Positions 49,691 through 62,905 are shown, counted from the stretch's first letter. The stretch: 64,000 nucleotides of DNA from Mobula birostris (GCF_030028105.1 NC_092380.1:17075144-17139143), one strand, 5' to 3'. The notes: generated by a model from the letters alone, not told the origin. Translations and numbers: made by a program.

Positions 49691-51559
49691 ATCTGTAGCA
49701 TGAAATTTACTTTGACCAGAACATATAAGCTCCGTACTCTCAAAATTTCACTTGAAGGCCTCCCACTTACCAAGTATACCTTTGCCAGAACACAGCCTGT
49801 CCCAATTCATACTCACCAGATTCTTTCTGATAACATCAAAATTGGCCTTTCTCCAATTTAGAATGCCAACCCATGGACCAGTCCAATCCTTTTCCAAAAT
49901 TACCTTGGAACTAACGACATTTTGATTACTAGGTGCAAAGTGTTCTCCTACACAAACTTCTACCACCTGCCCCGTCTCATTTCCTAATAGGAGATCTAGT
50001 ATTGCATTCTTTCTAGTTGGGACTTCTATACAGATTAAGGAAATTTTTCTGAATACATTCGACAAATTCTTTCCTATCCAGCTCTTTTACAGATTGGGAG
50101 TCCCAGTCATTATGTGGAAAGTTAAAATCACCTACTAACATAACCTATATTTCTTGCAACAGTCCGCGATCTCTCTACAAATTTGCTCCTCTAAATCCCG
50201 TGGACTGTTGGGTGGTCTATAATATAATCACATTAACGTGGTCATACCTTTCTTATTCCTCAGTTCTGCCCTTAAAGCCTCACTATTCAAGCTCTCTAGT
50301 CTGTCCTGACAGAACCCCGGAATGTTGAGCTGCCAGTCCTGCCCCTTCTGTAACCAAGTCTCACTAACGGCTACAATCGTTGTCATAACTCTACACGCTG
50401 ATCCATGCCCTAAGCTTGTCTGCCTTTCTTACATTGCATTGAAATATACAGAGCTCAGAATATCTGCTCAACTTTAGGTAGGCTTAACAACATCTTTCTC
50501 CACAACCAGTCCACTATCTGTTCTGGCGCTCTGTTCCCATCCTCCTGTAACTCTGATTTAAATGAGCCCCCCCCCCCCCCCCCCCAGTGCAGCAGTAGCA
50601 AACCTTCCAAATAGGATATTAATCCCCCCTCCAGTTCTGGTGCTAGTCATCCTTTCTGCACAGTTATCACCTTCCCTGAAAGAGACCTCAATGATCCAAA
50701 AATCTGAAGCCCTCCCTTCTGCACCAACTCATTATCCATGTGTTCAACTGTATAATCTTCCTATTTCTGGTCCCAGTGGCATGTGGCACAAGTAGCAAAG
50801 CTGAGATCACAACCCTGGTGGTCCTGTCCTTTAACTTAGCACCTAACTCCCTGAACTCACTTTCCAGGACCTACCACCCACCTTATTCAGGTCATTGGCA
50901 CGAGCGTGGACTGTGACCTCTGGCTGCTCTCCCTCCCACTGAAGAATGTTGTGGATCTCGATCCGAGGAATGGGTAAATGTACCTATCTGAGGAGTAGGA
51001 GTAGGGATATAGCCCAGTTTCATCTTCCTTCTTCCAGCAAGTAAGGCTATTTCCTTTTGGGTTGATTTTAGGAACTGGCGATCAGGAAGTACAATGGGCC
51101 GGATGGAAAGGATGGTGTGGGGAGGGGAACTCTGATTGCTTCCCAAAAAGTTTGAAATGCAACCTATAGTTTGGCTTTTTCTACCTGGCATTAGGGTTGA
51201 GGGCCTTTAATTACCTGCATTTATTTGCAGAGAATTCCAAAGTTTTGCTTCTTTTTTTTTGGAGAGGACAAACTCCTCTTCATTATCAATTGACCCCTTA
51301 TGCTCACTTACCAAGGTAGACATCCTCATAGCACCTACCCTGTGGATCACCATCCACTGCCCCTGTCTCCTAAGCCCTCCAGACGCAGGGTCCTGAATAT
51401 TTCGGTGTGATCATCGTCCATTCTTAAACTCTTCAGAGAGTGTACGCTCAATCGTTTCTTGTAACGCAGCTGTTTCATAACAGCAATCCTCCTCTATTTT
51501 GTACCTGAGATTTTGAGTGCTTTATGTGAGGTAAATGAGGAGAAACTATTTCACTAGCA

Positions 51560-52050
51560 GGACACACAAAAAAGCTGGAGCAACTCAGCAGGCCAGGCAG
51601 CATCTGTGGAAAAGAGTAAACAATCGACATTTCTGGCTGAGACCCTTCTTCAGGACTGGGAAAAAAAGAAGAGAAGTCAGAGTAAGAAGGTGGGGGGGGG
51701 GGAAGAGGAAGAAAAAGTCCAAGGTGGGAGGTGAAACTGGGAGAGGGGGAGGGGTGAAGTAAAGAGCTGGGAAGTTGATTGGTGAAAGAGATACAGGGCT
51801 GGAGAAGGGTGAGTCTGATAGGAGAGGACAGAAGACTGTGGAGAAATAAGGAAGGAGGAGGAGTACCAGATGAGGTGAGATAGGGAAACAGGAATGGGGA
51901 ATGGTGAAGTGGGGGATGGGGGCGCATTACCGGAAGATTGAGAAGTCAATGTTCATGCCATCAGGTTGGAGGATACCCAGACGGAATATAAAGAGTTGCT
52001 CCTCCAACCTGAGTGTGGCCTCATCGCGGCAGTAGAGGAGGCCATGGACT
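51560..52050 (-). mobile_element. Penelope-like element 3' fragment with hammerhead motif (51621-51658)
   Basis: End of GIY-YIG ORF plus CAGTC-CTGAAGA-agggtctcagcca-GAAA-T-GTC-GATTG. Confidence 0.78.
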
Positions 52051-52355
52051 GACAGTTAGTAATAAGTAGGGACTTATTTTGGACAGTTGATATATGAACC
52101 AGGGCCGAGCTGAGAAAGGTTTTGTGCAGGGAGGTGCGTTCTGAAGTGGGCTGTCTAAAAGAACATTGGGGGAGGAAAGATGCAATAAAAACTTCCAAAA
52201 GGAAATTGGATAGGGAAGATGGGAGATGAGTTGCAGGGACATAGGACTAGTTTACAAAGGTCCCCATCAGAGTTAGCTGAGGGACAGAGCTCAGTGCCTC
52301 TCTGCTACATCATTCTCTTTCTGTTAACCATACAGGTTGCTGAAGGCTGTGAGTG

Positions 52356-52507
52356 ATGGAGCTGCTGGTTTTCCCTCTTGTGCTGCTTGCCCATTTCGCT
52401 CTATCCCTGGACAATGGCCTCATGAGGACCCCTCCCATGGGCTGGCTGGCATGGGAACGGTTTCGCTGCAACATTGACTGTGCCACGGACCCCAAAGACT
52501 GCATCAG
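52356..52507 (+). CDS. NAGA: Alpha-N-acetylgalactosaminidase, first coding exon
   Basis: Signal peptide [17 protein letters not shown], then [25 protein letters not shown] (GH27 N-terminus). Acceptor tacag| at 52335, donor AG|gtgag, in-frame stops upstream of the ATG. Not in the ORF track. Confidence 0.96.
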
Positions 52508-53069
52508 GTGAGGCCAGTTACTCCCAGGCACTGAGACGTGTCACAGGAAATCTCAGTGAGGAGTTGAGTAGGATTCGCTGGATGAATGTGGAAATTCTTC
52601 ACCACTGAGGTTCATCACAAGGTCTTGTACACAGTCCCACTACCAGGAGAATAGATGCCTGTGGGGTCCTGGTGGATGGACAGTTCACTGAGGGTGCTGA
52701 CTGTAGTCAAGATCCCTTTGTTGGTGATGCCGACTGTTGCCAAACTCCCATCTCCAGGGAGGTGAGTGCTCACCAAGCTCTCCTGGTCTGGAGCACTGGA
52801 GCACTGACAGTCAGCCGCATCCTTACCTGCTGACATTCCCTTTCACAAAGGGACCTTTTTTTTGTGTGTGTGGATATTATCTCTCGCCAGGTTCCCGATG
52901 GTGGGTGGGTCCTTGGCTCTTCTCAGGGTCCTATTCCCAGTGGCATTGACTTGTGTTGGGGAATGGATTTTGTGACCTCAGAGCTTCTGAGGTCATGCTC
53001 TGATGAAACTTGGTAACTTAAGAAGAAAAGAGCTTCTGAAACAGAGGCAGGATTGGGCCATTTGAATCA

Positions 53070-53630
53070 TCATCATCAGGTGCCGTGCCCAGTTTGAGCT
53101 TTGACTGCCATGGCCCACACACTCCTGTTTCGGGTCAAGTAGATGAATTCCTTGGTATTCATTTCCAGTTCTCAGGCTGCTGTCTCCATCATCATTTGTC
53201 TTTGTCTTCCTCTTGCTTTCTTCCCTTCAATCTTTCCCATAATTACTGTGCATTCTAACTCCTCTTTCCTAATCACATGTCCAATGAAGTTACATTGCCT
53301 TTTCATGATCTCATACATTATTTCTCTTTTTGTGTTTGCTCTGTTCATGACATCCTCGTTAGATATTCGTTTCGTCCATGATATTCTTTGCATCCTCCTC
53401 AAAAACCACGTCTCTGCTGCTTCAGTTCGATTCCTCATGTTACTAGATATTGTCCAACATTCTGAGCCATGTAACATAACTGGATAAAGGTAACATTTCA
53501 GTACTCTGAGGCGGGTTGTCATGCCTAGTTTAGTATTGGTCAGTATATTCATTCTCGTAAAGGTGTCTTTTGCCATCTCTATTCTTCTTTTGATGGCCAT
53601 GTCGCACCTGCCATCTGATGTCACCCAGCA
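53070..53630 (-). mobile_element. RTE-clade LINE 3' fragment
   Basis: LRVLKCYLYPVMLHGSECWTI..WFLRRMQRISW..GKIEGKKARGRQR with a (TGA)n tail. Confidence 0.85.
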
Positions 53631-54897
53631 CCACTGTCCTGCACTGATCCTATATGTCTTTATTCCCTTAATACTCAAAAAACTTAGACCTGTGTTTTGA
53701 AAGTATTCAATGACTGAGCCACCGCAGCCCACTTTGTAAAGAATTCCTAAGACTCACCATCCTTACGGTAAGGTGGTTTCTTCCCATCTCAACTAAACCT
53801 TGACCCTGAATCTGACTTTCACACGGTGCCCAGTTGCCTCTTAATTACAGCTTAGATCAGGACAGCACACAAAGGAAATCTCTTATATAACGGCGTTGAG
53901 TTTCTCAAACAAATTTATTCAGACCCGATTACAGTGTATACTGGGGAGCTCTTCTAGTGAGAGTTCAATACTGATTCTTAAAAAAAAATTCCAACAATTT
54001 ATAGTATTTGTGTTACAATAGTTTCATACAGAATTTACAATCTCATCAGTAACCCACTTTAATTTGTGCTATTTGATCTTTGTTTCATTTCGTCAGGGGT
54101 TGTCACTTAACTGTTTGACAAATGGAAGTTCCTTTGCCAAACAGCAACTGTGCCTCCCTCCCTCCCCCCCCCCCACAAGGTGCTGTGATTTATGGTCTTG
54201 CCCTTTTTGCCCTTTTATGGTGTCTTGGCTTGTCTCCTTTAATTAAGATATATTCCAGCCTCCCATTTATTTATCTCTGATCCAGCCAGCTATGCCTTTT
54301 AATCAAAACATTTCCCTGCTCTTAATAGTAGCCTGTTTCTGTTCCACTGCAACACGTACAAAATGCTGGAGGAACTCAACAGGCCAGGCAGCATTTTTGG
54401 ACAATCAGCGTTTTGGGCCAAGACATTTCATTAGAGTTATTGGCCTTTTTTCCCATCAATCCATTCTAATTTGTATGGCATTTAAGTTGACCTTATTTCA
54501 AATGTTCCCAATGTTCTTGATTCCTAGAGATTCCTTGCTAAAACATGAACCTCAATTATAACCATCCAAATGGGGTTGTATCTATCCTATCAAGTTCTAT
54601 AAGAACTGTGCACCTTTCAGAATCAGGTTTATACAGTATATCATGAAATTTGTTGTTTTGCAGCAGCAGGGCAGTGCAATACATTAAAAAAAGATCACCT
54701 ACTATATCAATGATATCACCTTTCATTCTTCATCTCTCCAGAGAATAGGCTTCGTTTGTTTACTCTCTCCTTATGGGACTCATCTCCCTCCCCTCCTCCA
54801 TCCCAGGAATCAATCTGTAGAACCTTTGTTGAACTCCGTCTAAGACCAGATCGGTACACAGTATTCTAAGTTTTAACCCTGTGCCCTCTGTGAACAG

Positions 54898-55072
54898 TGA
54901 GAGCTTGTTCATGGACATGGCCGATCGGTTGGCAGAGGACGGCTGGAAGGAGCTTGGCTACGAGTACGTGAACATCGATGATTGCTGGGCGGCAAAGAAG
55001 AGGGACTCTCAGGGACGGCTGGTTCCTGATCCTGATCGATTCCCCAGTGGAATTAAAGCTTTGGCACAATAC
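54898..55072 (+). CDS. NAGA: NAGA second coding exon
   Basis: aacag| and TAC|gtgag. [58 protein letters not shown] carries the GH27 IDDCW motif. Confidence 0.97.
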
Positions 55073-55989
55073 GTGAGTCTATATGTTAACTCCTTCTTTC
55101 TATCCTGATTCTCCAATGCCGTATGTGGCAATGAGTATACCGGTCAAACCCTGAAGAGGTGAGGGTTTGTGCAGGGGGGTGTTGCAAGAGGGTAAGCATA
55201 GTGTTGCAGTTGTGCTTGTTCGTGTAACTACTGGCCCCATGACTGCTTTGTGTGGTGAATGAGTCAGAATGCGGTGGGAATTGGTCGCAGTGTTGATTAC
55301 CTTCTGCAGTGTCAGGTTCTGGTTTCTGCAGAAGTAGGATTCCTTCTGCATTTGTTGCTGTATTATGGGCAGTACTGGCTAGAACTTCTTTTGTTGCTCT
55401 TAACCAGACAGATAAAAGGCAACCAAATCGGTACTTGGAAGTCACGTAGAGGATAATCTTGAGTAAGTGTGGCAGATTTTTTTCTCCCTGACAATTGTTA
55501 GTGAACCAGAGGAGATTTTGCAACAGTCTGGTGTCTTCAAGACCACTGCTACTGAGACTAGAATATCAAGTTCAAATTGTATATTCGCCACTTTCTGTTA
55601 CGCCCCTGGCATTTAGGGCAGTGATGAAGGTCCTCCATCACTGGTGGTGTTCAGAGCTTCTTTCATCATGTCAGTAGCTTTCTCCTGGTTTTCACTCCTG
55701 GCTGTCATGCAAGTCCCAGTTGTGGACTCAGGAACACTGTAACAGTCAGATGTTGGACTGAGAACATTGCTGTTTCTGTAACAATTTTGTTTGACCAGTC
55801 AGGGCTGTTGGTCCTGAGCTGAACCCCAGAAACTGGAGATCTGGGGGCTACTCTGAGTCTGTCCTCTACCCTTTGACCTGTTTGGCATGGGTGACCCTAC
55901 CAAGAGCCAAAGTGTAAAGCCCTGACTCCAGCCAACATAGCTCTCTGGGTCATTGAGGCACGCAAGCCTCCAAACTACAACAAGGTTGG

Positions 55990-57682
55990 GGAAGCTTTAA
56001 AATACCAACAGAAGGCAATTAAAAAAAGTCATTAAGAAGGTAAAAATGGAATACAGAAGTCAGTTACCCAAAAATATTAAAGAGGATAGCAAATGTTTCT
56101 TTAGATACATGAAGTGTAAAAGGAAGGCAAGAATGGATACTGACTGCTGGAAAATGATGCTGGTGAAGTAGTAATGGGGGACAAGGAAATGGCAGATAAA
56201 CTGAATAAGTATTTTGCGTCAGTCTTCACTGCGGAAGACACTAGCAGTATGGTGGAAGTTCCAGGTGTCAGGGGCATGATGTGTGTGAAGTTACCATTAC
56301 TAGAGAGAAGGTTCTTGGGAAACTGAAGGGTCTGAAGGAGCTTAAGTCACATGGACCAGATGGTGTACACCCCATGGTTCTGGAAGGGGTGGTTGAAGGA
56401 TTGTGGAGGCATTAGTAGTGATCTTTCAAGAATCACTAGATTCTGGAATGGTTCCTGAAGACTGAAAAATTGCAAATGTTACTCCACTTTTCAAGAAGGG
56501 AGAGAGGCAGTAGAAAGAAAATTATAGGTAGTTAGTCTGACCTCAGTGGTTGAGGAGATGTTGGAGTTGATTGTTAAGAGTGTGGTGTCGGTGTACTTGG
56601 GGGCACATGATAAAATAAGCCATAGTTAGCATGGTTTCCTCAGGGGAAAATCGTGCCTGACAATTGGAATTCTTTGAAGAAATAACAACAAGCAGGATAG
56701 ACAAAGGAGAATCGGTTGATGTTGTATATTTGGATTTTCAGAAGGCCTTTGACAAAGTACCACACGTGGGGTTGCTTAACAAGTTACGAGCTCATGGTAT
56801 TACAGAAAAGATTCTAGCATGGATAAAGTAGTGGCTTACTGGCAGGAGGCAAAGAGTGGGAATAAAGGGAGCCTTTTCTGGTTGGCTGCCAGTGACTGCT
56901 GGTGTTCCACAGGGGTCTGTGTTGGGACCGATTCTTTTTATGTTATGTGTCAATGATTTGGATGTTAGAATGGTGGCTTTGTTGTAATGTTTGCAGATGA
57001 TATGAAGATAGGTGGATGGGCAGGTAGTTTTGAGGAAGTAGAGGGGCTACAGAAGGACCTAGATTAGGAGAAGGGGCAAACAAGTGGCAGATGGAATACA
57101 GTGTCAGAAAGTGTATGGTCATGTATATTGGTAGAAGAAATGAATGGGTTGACTATTTTCTAAATGGAGAGAAAATATGAAAATCTGAGGCACGGAGGGA
57201 CTTGGGAGTTCTTGTGCAGGATTCCCTATAGGTTAATGTGCAGGTTGAGTCTGTGGTGAGGATGGCAGATACGATGTTAACATTCCTTTCAAGAGGACTA
57301 GAATATAAAAGCAAGGATGTAATGTTGAGATTTCATAAAGCACTGGTGAGGCCTCACTTAGAGTATTGTGAGCAGTTTTGAGCCCCTTATCTTAGAAAGG
57401 ATGTGCTGAAACTGGAGAGGGTTCAAAGGAGCTTCATGAACATGATTCCAGGATTGAATGATTTGTCATATGAAGAGTGTTTGATGGGACTGGGCTTGTA
57501 TTCACTGGAATTCAGAAGAATGAGGGGTGACCTAATTGAAACCTATCGAATGGTGAAAGGCCTTGATAGAGTGGATGTGGAGAAGATGTTTCCTATGGTG
57601 GCAGAGTCTAAGACCAGAGGGCACAGTCTCAGAATAGAGAGGCGTTCTTTTAGAACGGAGATAAGAAATTTCTTTAGCCAGA
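55990..57682 (+). mobile_element. Degenerate CR1 LINE (RT region) in a NAGA intron
   Basis: YLDFQKAFDKVPH, GVPQGSVLGP, FADD and ALVRPHLEYC motifs, with stops. Confidence 0.88.
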
Positions 57683-58915
57683 CAAATCAAAGGGTAGAGG
57701 ACAGTCTAAAGGTGGCCACTGGTCCTCCAGATTTGGGGGTTCAGCTCAGGGCTAACAACATTGACTGGCAAAACAAAATTGTTACGGAAACGGCAATGAA
57801 GAATCCTTGTAGATTTGAATGTGACGGTATTCCTGAGTTTCCACCCAGGACTTGCATGACCAAGAGTAGTGAAAACTGAGGAAAGTGGAAGCTGCAACTA
57901 CAGTGAAGAAATGGAGATGGAGGACTTCATTGCTGCCCTAAACATCAGTGTCATAATGGACAGTAAGTAAGTCTGAGAGCCAGCACTGAGTTCATGGGCA
58001 ACTGGCTGCCTCCTGTGATGTAAAGAATATGAATCCTGGAATTTGTTGCCTAAAGGTAGTGGAAAGGATAAATCAGAACTTCGAAAGGAAATTGGAAAGA
58101 CGAAGGATAATTTGCAGAGCCATGGAGAAATGAGACTGACAGGATTGCTCTTCCAAGGCATAAACCCAATAGGCCAAGTGACTAATTTGATTCTATGAGA
58201 TTCTCTTCATCTTGTTGTTTTGCTGATTTTATGTTGTCAGTTCAATACAATATACTTAAGTAAGGACCTCCCCCCCCCCCCCGCCTCCACAACATACTCA
58301 ACTATAATAAGGTCATCCCCAACCACTCTAGTCCAGATGCCACTCATCCCTGGTTTCATTTTGAGGTACCCTCTCCAAGTGTTTGACATTCTTCCTGGAG
58401 TCTGTTGCCAGACATTAGTATTAGAAGTTATTCAGAGAGGATTTATTGAATTAATACTTGCTTGAAAAGGGCAGGTGGGCTTATGAGGAGAGGATGGAAC
58501 AGGCTGGGCATGTATCTGCAGGATTTTATAAAGAGTGGACTAGATTGAAATGTGTAAGGGTCCTGAGGGGTGGGACTGGAGAGGATGTTGCATCTTGTGG
58601 ACCATCTGAAATCATGGGTGGTTGTTTGAAAATAAATCAGCAATTTAGAGTCACATAGAGGTGTAGCATGGACACAGGCCTTTTAGCCCACAGAGTCTGC
58701 ACCAACAAAAGACAGGACATTTGGTATTGAGTGTGGAAGGTTGTGATCTGCCTGGTTGGAAGACAAAGTGTGTCTCATGAGCTGCTGTCTAGCCTTATTG
58801 GAATAGCAGAGGAGGTTGAAGACCTGTGAAGTGTTTCCAACATTTTCTGTTTTTAATTTTAGATTTCCGCAGTTTTTAGATGTCTTAAAATAAATCAACA
58901 TTTGTCTTGTTAAAG

Positions 58916-59093
58916 GTCCATTCTAAAGGTCTGAAACTTGGCATTTACGCGGACCTAGGCAAGTACACGTGTGGTGGCTACCCAGGCACCACAGTGGACA
59001 AGGTTGAGTTGGATGCCCGTACCTTTGCCTCCTGGGGAGTGGACATGCTGAAGCTGGACGGCTGCTACTCAAACTCTTCCGACAAGGCTGTGG
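58916..59093 (+). CDS. NAGA: NAGA third coding exon (catalytic nucleophile)
   Basis: aaag| and G|gtaag. [25 protein letters not shown]...[13 protein letters not shown], with the nucleophile Asp in KLDG. Confidence 0.97.
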
Positions 59094-59718
59094 GTAAGGC
59101 TTGGAGCAGCTGGCTGGCTGCTTGCTGCTTCGTTTGGTGAAAAGAATGAATATTCAAAGCTATAGAATTCACTGAATTTCCATCCTGACCTCAAAGAGGC
59201 CATTGATTCAATCAACTGAGGAATTAAAGGTTCAAAGGTTCTTTTTATTAAAGTATGTATACAGAATACAACTCTGAGATGTGTCTTCTCCAGATAGCCA
59301 CAGAATACAGAAAACCACAGACGTAGTTGAAAGAAAGACATCAATCCCCCCCCGCATGAAAAGAAAAAGAAATAAAAACACCTCCAACCCCTCCCTTGCA
59401 CAAGAACTAACAGATCACCCAGACCCCCAGCCAGCCAATTGGCGTCAAGAAGGAATGGGTGAGAACATGAATAAAAAACATTGAACTGAAAGAGGCCAAT
59501 GTGAACTACAGTACCATCCATAAATCTCAGAATTTTGATAACACCTCTGAGAGCATCGGGACCCAACGGCTTCTCTGAGGGAAGTGACATGGCCCAGCAA
59601 GACTGTTTAGTTTGGAAGTTGTATTTCCCAACTGGATGTATGTGATTATAAAACTGGTGATTGACAGTATGACTAGAACTTGTACTGGCTCTTTGGAAAA
59701 CAAAACAATAGAACCCAT

Positions 59719-60531
59719 GCCCTTACACTTCCTCCCTTACCACCATTGAGGGCCCCAGACAGTCCTTCCAGGTAAGGCGACACTTCACCTGTGAGTCGGC
59801 TGGGGTGATATACTGTGTCCGGTGCTCCCGATGTGGCCTTCTATATATTAACGAGACCCAGCGCAGACTGGGAGATCATTTCGCTGAACACCTACGCTCT
59901 GTCTGCCAGAGAAAGCAGGATCTCCCAGTGGCCACACATTTTAATTCCACGTCCCATTCCCATTCTGATATGTCTATCCACGGCCTCTACTGTAAAGATG
60001 AAGCCACACTCAGGTTGGAGGAACAACACCTTATATTCCGTCTGGGTAGCCTCCAGCCTGATGGCATGAACATTGACTTCTCAAACTTTCGCTAGTGCCC
60101 CACCTCCCCCTGGTACCCCATCTGTTATTTATTTATTTATATACACACATTCTTTCTCTCTTTCTTTCCTTTTTCTCCCTCTGTCCCTCTGACTATACCC
60201 CTTGCCCATCCTCTGGGTTTCCCCCCCTCCCCCTTTTCCTTCTCCCTGGGCCTCCTGTCCCATGATCCTCTCATATCCCTTTAGCCAATCACCTGTCCAG
60301 CTCTTGGCTCCATCCCTCCCCCTCCTGTCTTCTCCTATCATTTTGGATCTCTCCCTCCCCCTCCCACTTTCAAATCTCTTACTAGCTCTTCTTTCATTTA
60401 GTCCTGACGAAGGGTCTCGGCCCAAAACGTCGACTGTACCTCTTCCTAGAGATGCTACCTGGCCTGCTGCATTCACCAGGAACTTTGATGTGTGTTGCTT
60501 GAATTTCCAGCATCTGCAGATTTCCTCGAGT
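59719..60531 (+). mobile_element. Penelope-like element 3' fragment (GIY-YIG plus terminal repeat)
   Basis: IYCVRCSRCGLLYINETQRRLGDHF...DGMNIDFSNFR. Hammerhead motif at 60400-60435 with GAAA>AAAA. Flanking gaacccat repeat. Confidence 0.88.
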
Positions 60532-60694
60532 GAACCCATTTTTCTATTCTTTCCCTGCAAATATTTTCCTCTAAGTATTTGCCGATACCGTTTTGAAAGT
60601 TCAAGTCAAGTTCAGTCAAGTTTAATGTCATGTGCACGATGAAGAACTTGCAGTATCATCACTGGCACAAAGGTCCGAACAACACACAATATAA

Positions 60695-61145
60695 CAAACA
60701 CGAGAAAGTCTGCAGATGCTGGAAATCCAGAGCAACACACACAAAATGCTGGAGGAACTCAGCAGGTCAGGCAGCATCTATGGAAAAGAGTAAAGAATCA
60801 ACGTTTCGGGCCGAGACCCTTCTTCAGGACTGAGAAGGGAGGGGGGAAGATGGAAGATGCCTCAGTGAAAAGGTGGGGGGAGGGGAAAGAGGCTAGCTGG
60901 AAGGTGATAGGTGAGGATAGGTGGGTGGGAAAGGTCAAAGGCTGGCGAAGAAAGAATTTGGTAGGAGAGGAGAGTGGATAATAAGAGAAAGGGAAGGAGG
61001 AGGAGACCTGACAGGATGTAATAGACAGGTGAGAAGTGAAAGGTCAGAGTGGGAATTAGAGGAAGGGGGGCTTGAATTTGTTCACCAGAAGGAGAAATTG
61101 ATATTAATACCATCAGATTGGAGGTTACCCAGATGAAGTATAAGG
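60695..61145 (-). mobile_element. Penelope-like element 3' fragment with intact hammerhead core (60796-60831)
   Basis: Minus strand AGTC-CTGAAGA-agggtctcggccc-GAAA-C-GTT-GATT. Confidence 0.78.
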
Positions 61146-62254
61146 TATAAATTGTATACCTTCTAATTGTATACTCCTATAAATTGTACTTCAATGATGT
61201 GATATAAATCTGCAAAGCAAAACATTAGTGCAGAAATAGACATAATCAAAAAACATGTCCAATGTAATACAAGAAGTTGTCGTAGTGTTCTGTTGTGGAG
61301 GTAGATACCCCAGCCTAAAACTATTTAATATTGAAAGGTCCAAATAGAGTGGATGTGGAGAGAATATTTACATTCATAGGAGCGCCTAGGGTCTGAGAGC
61401 ACAGCCTCAGTGAGGAGATATTCCTTCAAATCTGAGATACGGAGCAATTTCTTCAGCCAGAGGGTGGGGAACCTGTGGAATTCTTTGCCACAGAAGGCTG
61501 TGGAGGCCAAGTCACTGGGAGTATTTAAGACAGAAATTGATAGGTTCTTGATGAGTAAGGAGGTAGATGTTACAGAAGGAAGGCAGGAGAATGGGCTTGA
61601 GGGGGGAGAAAAATCAGCCATAATGGAATGGTGGAGCAGACATGATGGCCCAAATAGCTAACTCTGCTCTTAAGATCTTAATAGTACTGGACATTCCAAG
61701 AATCTGATGGCTGGAGGAAAAATGCTGTTCATGAATCTGCTCCTTTCTGTACTGCAAAGTACATTCTTGATCACATTAACTCACAGTATAAAATAATTCC
61801 CATTTCTTCACTTGGGTTTTTACTCATTGCCTGTTTCTTCCCTGGTTATTTTTTTTTTCCATTTTCTCATTACCCTTTTCCCTTTGACTCTCGTATCACT
61901 AGAAACAGTTGCTTTTTCTTTACTACTTCCATCATTATTTATGAATAACCAGTCTGCAACTCATTTATTTTCTTGAGAGTTTCAATGAAATGTTCTCCAA
62001 GCATCAGAAATCTAACTGTCTGACTCGCACTTGATTTGTAAGCCAATGTATGATGGATATTTCAGCCGTTCTTAGGAAAGGTATTGATTGATCAGCTCCA
62101 GCGTGCCAATGTCTGTAGCTCTGTGTTCGGAAGGCAATTGTAGAGTCTTGGAGAGATACAGCACGGAAATAGGTCCTTTGGCTCACTGGGTTTCCAGCAG
62201 CCAACAACTAGCACCACCCATTTCCATTAATCCTGTGTTAGTCCACTTTTTATT

Positions 62255-62905
62255 TTAGATTATGAGGACACTCAGTCCTCGTTTATTGTCATTTAGAAAT
62301 GCATGCATTATAAAATGATACAATGTTCTTCCGGTATGATATCACAGAAACACAAGACAGACCAAGACTAAAACTGACAAAAACCACATAATTATAACCT
62401 ATAGTTACAACAGTGCAAAGCAATACCATAATTTGATAAGAGTAGACCATGGGCACGGTTAAAAAAAAGTCTCAAAGTCCTGATAGCCCCAACATCTCAC
62501 GCAGATGGTAGAAGGAAGAAACTCTCCCTGCCGTGAGCTTCCAGCGCCGCAAACTTGCCGATGCAGCATCCTGGAAGCACCCGACCACAGTCCGACTCTC
62601 AGTCTGACCGAAAACTTCGAGCCTTCGACACCGAGCACCATCTCTGCTGAGCGCTTTGACCCCGTCCCGGCTGCCGAGCAACAGGCAAAGCCGAGGTCTC
62701 AGGGTCTTCCCCTCCGGAGATTTCGGATCACACAGTAACAGCGGTAGCGAAGCAGGCATTTCAGAAATTTCACCAGATATTCCTCTGTGCCCTTACGTCG
62801 GCCTCTATCAAATCAGAATTGTGCACAGCCTCCTACTTGACAGATTAGACATATTCATCACCGGAGAGGCCGTGCGCGCTGTGTCGCGCCGCCGTCTTCT
62901 CCTTC
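62255..62905 (-). repeat. CpG-rich probable non-autonomous retroelement
   Basis: On the minus strand, a GC-rich head (GGAGAAGACGGCGGCGCG) and an AT-rich tail with AATAAA, resembling LINE-like tails elsewhere in the window. Family not identified. Confidence 0.45.

Larger units (their letters stand above)
45560..50950 (-). mobile_element. Degenerate CR1 LINE interrupted by SINE, Tigger-like and RTE insertions
   Basis: Co-linear CR1 ORF2 motifs on the minus strand (PTRKNAILDLLLGNE, VVPLFKRGSKNKPENYRPV, WRPVTSGV, HFGRTNQ) resume across each insertion. Confidence 0.85.
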
